In this document: one piece after another, positions 58,577 through 64,000 of the stretch
Layout: every line of letters starts with the position of its first letter
Numbering within the stretch: the first letter of the stretch is position 1
NCBI GenBank assembly: GCA_965218435.1
Contig: CBDCKW010000009.1
Coordinates: 512,001 to 576,000, forward strand
Source of the DNA: Truepera sp.
GTDB lineage: Bacteria > Deinococcota > Deinococci > Deinococcales > Trueperaceae
Length of the DNA: 64,000 nucleotides
Reading direction: 5' to 3'
The notes under the pieces: model-generated
What the model was told of the DNA's origin: nothing
What the model saw: only the letters and a program-made list of their open reading frames with translations
Database searches by the model: none
Position numbers and translations under genes: made by a program

Positions 58577-60052
58577 CTAAGCGTGTCCCAACGCTGCTTT
58601 AACCTCAGCCACTTCATCCCACGGGAGCGTTTCGTGACGGCGCTCGAGCGTCGTTTCGTGCCCTTTGCCCGTAAGTAGCACCAGGTCACCCGGTTCGGCG
58701 AGGGCCAGTGCCTGCCGGATCGCTTCACGCCGGTCGGGAACGACGAAGAATGTCTTGCCTTCGCCGCCGCCGCCGCCCTTTGCACCTTCGGCGAGCTGCG
58801 CCAAGATGCTCTGCGCGTCTTCCGAACGCGAGTCCTCTTCGGTAAAAACGGCGAGGTCGGCGTTGCGGGCGGCACTCTCACCTAAAGGTATGCGTTTGCC
58901 GGGGTCACGCTCGCCGGCTGCACCGACGACGACGATCAGCCGCCCCGACACCTGGGGCCGCACGGCCTGCAGCGCCTTAGTCAGGGCCGGGGGCGTATGG
59001 GCAAAATCCACCACGACTGTAAACGGCCCCTGCTGCACGACCTGCATCCGCCCGGGAACGCCGGGGAAGGTGGCCAACCGCCGAAGCAGCACGCCGGTAG
59101 ACATGCCTGTTTCAGCCGCGGCTGCAAGTGCAGCCAGCGCGTTTAGGACGTTGTAACGCCCGACCATCGGTAACGACGCCTCAAAGCGGGCACCGCGGAG
59201 CTCGAGTAGCCACGCCAGTCTGCCGGGAAGCTCCCGCACCTCAGCTGCGCGCCACACCGCCCCGTCAGCCGTGCCGTAACTGATACTCCGCGCCGCCCGC
59301 TGCGCAAAAAAACGGTACTCCGGGTCATCAAAGTTAAGGACGCTGACGCGGGCACGGTCAATGAGCTGCAACTTAGCCTCACGGTAGGCGGCCATCGTCC
59401 CGTGAAAGTCCAGGTGTTCGGGCGTGAGGTTCGTCCACACCCCGACGTCGTAGTCCACCTCATCGAGGCGGCGCTGCGCAAACCCGTGTGAACTCGATTC
59501 GATCACGGCGTAGCGGCAGCCGGCCTCGACAAACTGTGCGAGTAATCCTTGAACGACGGGCGCTTCGGGCGTCGTAAAGTGGCCGGGAAACGTCAGCGTC
59601 TCGCCCCGGACCTTGACCCCGGCGGTTGACAAGAGCCCGGTCGGAAGCTCGGCTGAGAGCAGATGATAGAGAAGATGGGCCGTCGTGGTTTTGCCGTCGG
59701 TACCGGTTACGCCCAGCGTATAGAGTTTTTGTGAAGGGTGGTCGTACAGCGTGGCCGAGAGCTTCGCTAAGGCCACCTTATCGTCGGGCACATAGATGTA
59801 CGGGACCGCGTAAATCCAGGGAAACGTCTCTTGTTCTTGAGGCAGCGCGGTTCCGACCACGGCGACCGCGCCTTGTGAAATCGCCCGTTCCGCGAAGCGG
59901 TGACCGTCGAGTGCGCCGCCCCGCCTCGCTACAAAAACCGAGGGGATACCCGTTTCTAAGTCGCGGGTGTCTTGCGACACGCGCAGCACATCGGTGTCGG
60001 GCAGTGTTAGGCGTAACCCGAGCGCGTTACGAACCAGCTTTGAGAGCTTCAT
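58577..60052 (-). CDS. murE: UDP-MurNAc-tripeptide synthetase
   Basis: GVTGTDGKTTT, TTPE, ESSSHG, EHLDFHG, VDFAHTP, GKGHE. Confidence 0.95.
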   Translation of the reverse strand: MKLSKLVRNALGLRLTLPDTDVLRVSQDTRDLETGIPSVFVARRGGALDGHRFAERAISQGAVAVVGTALPQEQETFPWIYAVPYIYVPDDKVALAKLSATLYDHPSQKLYTLGVTGTDGKTTTAHLLYHLLSAELPTGLLSTAGVKVRGETLTFPGHFTTPEAPVVQGLLAQFVEAGCRYAVIESSSHGFAQRRLDEVDYDVGVWTNLTPEHLDFHGTMAAYREAKLQLIDRARVSVLNFDDPEYRFFAQRAARSISYGTADGAVWRAAEVRELPGRLAWLLELRGARFEASLPMVGRYNVLNALAALAAAAETGMSTGVLLRRLATFPGVPGRMQVVQQGPFTVVVDFAHTPPALTKALQAVRPQVSGRLIVVVGAAGERDPGKRIPLGESAARNADLAVFTEEDSRSEDAQSILAQLAEGAKGGGGGEGKTFFVVPDRREAIRQALALAEPGDLVLLTGKGHETTLERRHETLPWDEVAEVKAALGHA

Positions 60053-60230
60053 GCTGCCGACCTTTGACACCCCATCTGCTGCACACCTTGGTAGCTCATA
60101 GCTGTTTCACGCATCTATCTCAGCTAGTATAGTCGCCCTGTCAAAAAATATCACGAGTCGTGCCGTGTGCGGTAGCTGTCAGCCGAGTCACGTCGCTTTG
60201 ACGATGAGACGCGTGTCTCGAGCTCCCGTG

Positions 60231-60854
60231 CTAGGGCGATAAGATCGGTTCGGCGAGGTAGGGGCGTAGTCGTGCGAGCAGCTCCTCGAGAGCGGCCTCG
60301 TCGTGAACGAAGTCGAGGGCGTCGGCGTCCAGCACGACTTTGGGCGAAAGGTCGTACGCCGTAAACCAGCGTTCGTAAAGCGCCTCTAGTTGGAGCAAGT
60401 ACGCGTCTGAGAGCGCCGCCTCGTAGCTGCGCCCGCGCAGCGCGATGTGGCGGCGCAAGGTCGGCAGTGACGCCCGCAGGTAGATGAGCAGGTCGGGGGG
60501 CCGGAGCACGTCCCGGACAGCCTCAACCAGCGCGCTGTAGACGCTGAAGTCGCGGGCGTCCAGCACGCCCGTCTCGAAAAGATTACGGGCAAAGACCTCG
60601 GCGTCTTCGTAGAGTGTCCGGTCTTGAATCACGCGGCGGCCCGGATTGACCTGCGAAACGTGCTGTGCCAAACGTTTGGTTAAAAAGAACAGCTGTGAGT
60701 GAAACGCGTAACGCGGCATATCGGCGTAAAAATCGGCTAGATAGGGGTTTTCATCTACGGCTTCAAACACGGGCTCGAGTGCAAAACTCGTGGCCAAAAC
60801 CTCGGTTAAACTCGACTTCCCCGCCCCGATATTGCCAGCTACGGCGACAAACAT
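60231..60854 (-). CDS. Deoxynucleoside kinase
   Basis: GNIGAGKSS, NPYLADFY, QDRTLYED, RGRSYE. Confidence 0.93.
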   Translation of the reverse strand: MFVAVAGNIGAGKSSLTEVLATSFALEPVFEAVDENPYLADFYADMPRYAFHSQLFFLTKRLAQHVSQVNPGRRVIQDRTLYEDAEVFARNLFETGVLDARDFSVYSALVEAVRDVLRPPDLLIYLRASLPTLRRHIALRGRSYEAALSDAYLLQLEALYERWFTAYDLSPKVVLDADALDFVHDEAALEELLARLRPYLAEPILSP

Positions 60855-60867
60855 CAAAGGGTCCGCA

Positions 60868-61470
60868 TCAGGCCACCTGAACGCGGCGAAGAACGTCAGC
60901 CAAAACCTTTTCGCGGTCGCTTGTAGACCCTACAAAATCGTACTCGGCGGCCTCGAGCACCAAAAGCGGCGCGTCGTAGGTTTCAAAAAAGCGGTCGTAG
61001 GCGCTGCTCAGGCGCTCTAGATAGTCCGCTTCAATCGCCCGTTCAAAGGGCCGTCCCCGCTGCGCGATACGCTGCAAAAGCAGTTCCGGCGACGCCCGCA
61101 GATAGACCGTCAGGTCGGGACGTGGGGCCTTCGGGCTCAGCTGCGCGTAAAGGGTCTCGTAAAGCCGCCACTCGTCGCCTTTGAGGTTAAGTGAAGCGAA
61201 GATAAAGTCTTTGTCGAAGAGATAGTCAGATACGGTTGCGTCGTAAAAAAGTGAGCCCTGCACTAGTTCTTGGAGCTGCTTGTAGCGCGAGAGCAAAAAA
61301 AACGTCTGGGCGCTTAAGGCGTAGCGGTTGGGGTCGCCGTAAAACCCGGCTAAAAAGGGATTTTCTGTGGCAACCTCGAGCACCAGCCGCGCCCCGAGTT
61401 CGGCGGCTAACAAGCGGCTCAAACTGGTTTTTCCGGCTCCTATCGGGCCTTCGGTAACGATAAGTGGCAT
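60868..61470 (-). CDS. Deoxynucleoside kinase (second of a tandem pair)
   Basis: EGPIGAGKTS, SDYLFDKD, RGRPFE; RBS GGAGGA before ATG 61470. Confidence 0.93.
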   Translation of the reverse strand: MPLIVTEGPIGAGKTSLSRLLAAELGARLVLEVATENPFLAGFYGDPNRYALSAQTFFLLSRYKQLQELVQGSLFYDATVSDYLFDKDFIFASLNLKGDEWRLYETLYAQLSPKAPRPDLTVYLRASPELLLQRIAQRGRPFERAIEADYLERLSSAYDRFFETYDAPLLVLEAAEYDFVGSTSDREKVLADVLRRVQVA

Positions 61471-61709
61471 GACGTACTCCTCCGTAAAATAGGGTTGGTT
61501 CTTTAGGAGATAACGGGTCAAACGCGACAAGCGTCCCAAGTATACCCGGCTCGGCGTGTACTCCTGCGCGGTTCGTTTTTACAGCTGGATTTTGGGAAAG
61601 CTGAAGGTGAAAGTCTTCACTTCGGCGCAGCGCTTAAGCCGGAGTTAAGTTTTACGCGCTTTACTAACCGAACTTTCCCTCTAATAGAGGTCTAAAAAGG
61701 CGGTGGCAG

Positions 61710-62165
61710 GTGGACAGCGTACAGTACCGGGCGGTTAGCGCCGCACCCTCTGCGCGTCAGTGCGCTCGGCTCGCCGCCGCGCTCGGTGTCGAGCGGCGCA
61801 CGCTGGCGCAAGTCTTAGCCGGAGCGCAGCACAACCTGTACCACCTTCGCACTATGACGCTCGCCGACTTAGGGGCGCTCAACGTTACGCTCCGCGACGC
61901 TGAGCGCATCTTTTATCTAGTGCAGTGGGAACGGCTACAGGCCCACCTCGAGCAGTGCGAAACGCTTCCGCAAGAGGATTTGGGGCCACTTTTAGAAACG
62001 CTTACCCCGATTTTTGACCGGCACTTCAGCCGTAACATCCGCTTAAACGAAACGCTTTTGGCGCTCTACCGCACCGAATTCGGGACTCGTAAAGCTGTGC
62101 GCCCGAGCCCGCTGCCTTCCTCTCCGACGCGGCGGTTTTTACACTGGTTAAGTTTTTATCTGTAG
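61710..62165 (+). CDS. Hypothetical protein
   Basis: 151-aa ORF filling the gap, with host-like codons. Confidence 0.55.
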   Translation: MDSVQYRAVSAAPSARQCARLAAALGVERRTLAQVLAGAQHNLYHLRTMTLADLGALNVTLRDAERIFYLVQWERLQAHLEQCETLPQEDLGPLLETLTPIFDRHFSRNIRLNETLLALYRTEFGTRKAVRPSPLPSSPTRRFLHWLSFYL

Positions 62166-62241
62166 TAGGATAATCTGGTTTGAGACGGCCTTCTAAGGGT
62201 ACCGGGCAGCTCGACCTCAGTTGCTTGGCTTAAACCCACAG

Positions 62242-62270
62242 TTGACAAGCCTCTCCGACCCGGCTACTCT
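62242..62270 (+). promoter_or_regulatory. Sigma70-type promoter
   Basis: TTGACA-N17-TACTCT. Confidence 0.8.
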
Positions 62271-62279
62271 GAACGCATC

Positions 62280-62297
62280 ATGATAACCACCGCCTAA
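62280..62297 (+). other. Candidate leader peptide MITTA*
   Basis: ATG 9 nt after the -10; its 3' end is complementary to the MFS ribosome-binding region. Confidence 0.55.
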
Positions 62298-62415
62298 CTT
62301 AAGCGACCTCGAGCCATTTACAACTTATTGACATCATTTACAGCTGTAGCGCGGCGATGTGCCCGCGTCTTGGCAAAGCTGGGGTGTAGACCTCATCTTA
62401 GTTGGGCGGTACATT

Positions 62416-63630
62416 TTGTCTCCACGTTTGCAGTTTCCTCTGTCGTCTTACACCGTCTATCTCGTCTTGGCAGGGGCAACGGCTTTTTCCTTGACGGTTT
62501 TCGGTACCTTGTCGTCGGTTTACCGGCTTCAAACAGCCGGCCTGAGTCCGTTTCAACTCGTGCTGATCGGGACGGTGCTCGAGCTGAGCGTTTTTGTCTT
62601 CGAGGTGCCGACCGGTATCGTCGCCGACCTTTACAGCCGCCGCCGCTCAGTGATTATCGGCATGTTTTTGATTGGCGCGGGGTTTGTGCTCGAGGGCCTC
62701 TTGCCGGTATTCGCCACCATGCTCGTCGCGCAGGTCATCTGGGGCGTCGGCGCAACCTTCGAGAGCGGCGCAACCGAAGCCTGGATCGCCGACGAACTCG
62801 GCGCGGAACGGGTTGGCGCAGCATATCTTCGGGCGGTACAGGTCGGACAACTTGCCTCACTCGGTGGGATTGCCGTCGCCGTGGCCCTCGGCAGCATCTA
62901 CCTCGGGTTACCGCTCGTCGTCGGTGGGGTCGGCTTTTTCATGGTTGGTATGTTCTTGCTGCGCTTTATGCGCGAACACGGCTTTAGCCCTGCAGACAGA
63001 ACCGCTCACCCACTCGCTGCGATGGGGGAGACGCTGCAGAAGGGTCTGACCCTCGTCCGGCGAAACTCAACCTTGCTTACAATTCTCGTCATTACCGGCA
63101 TTTTAGGCGCGTCGTCGGAAACGTTCGACCGGCTCTGGGAGGCGCGTGTGTTACGACTCGGCCTGCCCGGTTTGGACGCACTTCCCGATATAGCTTGGTT
63201 CGGTCTGATCAGCGCCGGGGCGATGCTGTTGGCCTTGCTCGCCACCGAAGGGGTACGGCGCTACACAGACCGAGGCCCGCGTTTTACGGTGAAACTGCTC
63301 GCGGGTATCAGCACCTTGCTGATGCTGAGCGTCATTGGCTTTGGTCTAGCCGGTAATTTCGCGGTAGCTCTGGCTTTTTACTGGGCGTCGTACCTGCTGA
63401 GGCGGGTGAACGCACCCCTTTTTGCGGCGTGGCTGAACGGGTACTTGGAGCCTCAAACTCGAGCCACCGTTTTCTCGCTCAACAGCCAGACCGACGCGCT
63501 CGGGCAGATTGCCGGGGGGCCACTTTTGGGTCTTTTGGCTAATGTGTCGCTACGCGGTGCGTTCGGGGCAGCCGGGGTGTTGCTGCTTCCGGCGGTGCTC
63601 CTCTACTGGCGACTGTTGCATAAGACTTAG
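62416..63630 (+). CDS. MFS efflux transporter, TetA(P)/Tet(40)-like
   Basis: LSPFQLVLIGTVLELSVFVFEVPTGIVADLYSRRRSVIIG...AQVIWGVGATFESGATEAWIADE resembles TetA(P) as recalled; TTG start inferred. Confidence 0.85.
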   Translation: MSPRLQFPLSSYTVYLVLAGATAFSLTVFGTLSSVYRLQTAGLSPFQLVLIGTVLELSVFVFEVPTGIVADLYSRRRSVIIGMFLIGAGFVLEGLLPVFATMLVAQVIWGVGATFESGATEAWIADELGAERVGAAYLRAVQVGQLASLGGIAVAVALGSIYLGLPLVVGGVGFFMVGMFLLRFMREHGFSPADRTAHPLAAMGETLQKGLTLVRRNSTLLTILVITGILGASSETFDRLWEARVLRLGLPGLDALPDIAWFGLISAGAMLLALLATEGVRRYTDRGPRFTVKLLAGISTLLMLSVIGFGLAGNFAVALAFYWASYLLRRVNAPLFAAWLNGYLEPQTRATVFSLNSQTDALGQIAGGPLLGLLANVSLRGAFGAAGVLLLPAVLLYWRLLHKT

Positions 63631-63746
63631 CGGCTAAGTGTTTTCGGGATTCTCAAGACTAAACATATAGATCGCCTTTTCAAAGCAAAAACTACACTTG
63701 TTATAGTTGTGGCTAGTTAAAGGCCATTAGCAGCGAAGGGTAAACT

Positions 63747-64000
63747 ATGGAAGTTATAGACAGAGATCAAGGTATTACGGAATCTCTAAAAGCAGGATTA
63801 GACGCCGGTCTTTTCCAGATAGACGAAGAGCAGAAGTATCTAACCTACCTCAAGGCAGGCGAAAAAAAGCGCCTTGCCAACCCGGAAGAACCCGTCCGCG
63901 CTGAAGCATATATGAAGCTCGTCCTCGAGTACCACTATCCTGCTAAGCGCCTCAGCCTAGAAGTGCCCGTCAAGATGGGTTCGGACACACGCCGCGCGGA
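63747..64000 (+). CDS. R-M protein with an HsdR_N-type N-terminal domain (truncated by the window end)
   Basis: NPEEPVRAEAYMKLVLEYHYPAKRLSLEVPVKMGSDTRRA; lower GC than flanks. Confidence 0.75.
   Translation, partial: MEVIDRDQGITESLKAGLDAGLFQIDEEQKYLTYLKAGEKKRLANPEEPVRAEAYMKLVLEYHYPAKRLSLEVPVKMGSDTRRA

Noticed and set aside
1..64000. CRISPR arrays, rRNA/tRNA genes, transposases, integrases
   Set aside because: No repeat-spacer periodicity, cloverleaf or DDE/tyrosine recombinase motifs were recognised by eye

Overview
A GC-rich (roughly 55-60% by eye) bacterial chromosomal segment, very probably from a Deinococcota organism (Truepera-like). This assignment is an inference from an SLH envelope protein, the pilM-N-O-W-Q/aroC-K-B-Q synteny, bshA, a non-DAP MurE motif and many leaderless genes. 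It is mostly housekeeping: suf Fe-S cluster genes, shikimate pathway, type IV pilus/competence genes, pdxS, an RND efflux operon with two outer membrane factor (OMF) paralogues, a heterodimeric ABC exporter, fumC, bshA, tsaD, murE and two deoxynucleoside kinases. No rRNA, tRNA, CRISPR array or transposase was recognised. The most notable observations are: (1) the palindrome CTCGAG occurs about 120 times by manual tally, against about 20 expected, in all reading frames, like cyanobacterial HIP1; (2) a candidate leader-peptide translational attenuator (MITTA*) pairs with the ribosome-binding region of a TetA(P)-like MFS gene; (3) one of the two TolC paralogues appears to lack beta-barrel strands; (4) an intact RelE-type toxin-antitoxin (TA) pair and a HIT gene sit inside the suf operon; (5) a decayed TA/defence island at 43.4-47.1 kb holds a HEPN with a shortened catalytic motif, frameshifted hicA and DUF2281-like genes, and a type ISP-like R-M gene whose interior is replaced by a lipoprotein cassette; a separate vapC carries a nonsense codon; (6) pilQ is split by a frameshift in a C6 tract and has a low-GC body. 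All family calls come from motif recognition by eye; no database searches were run.
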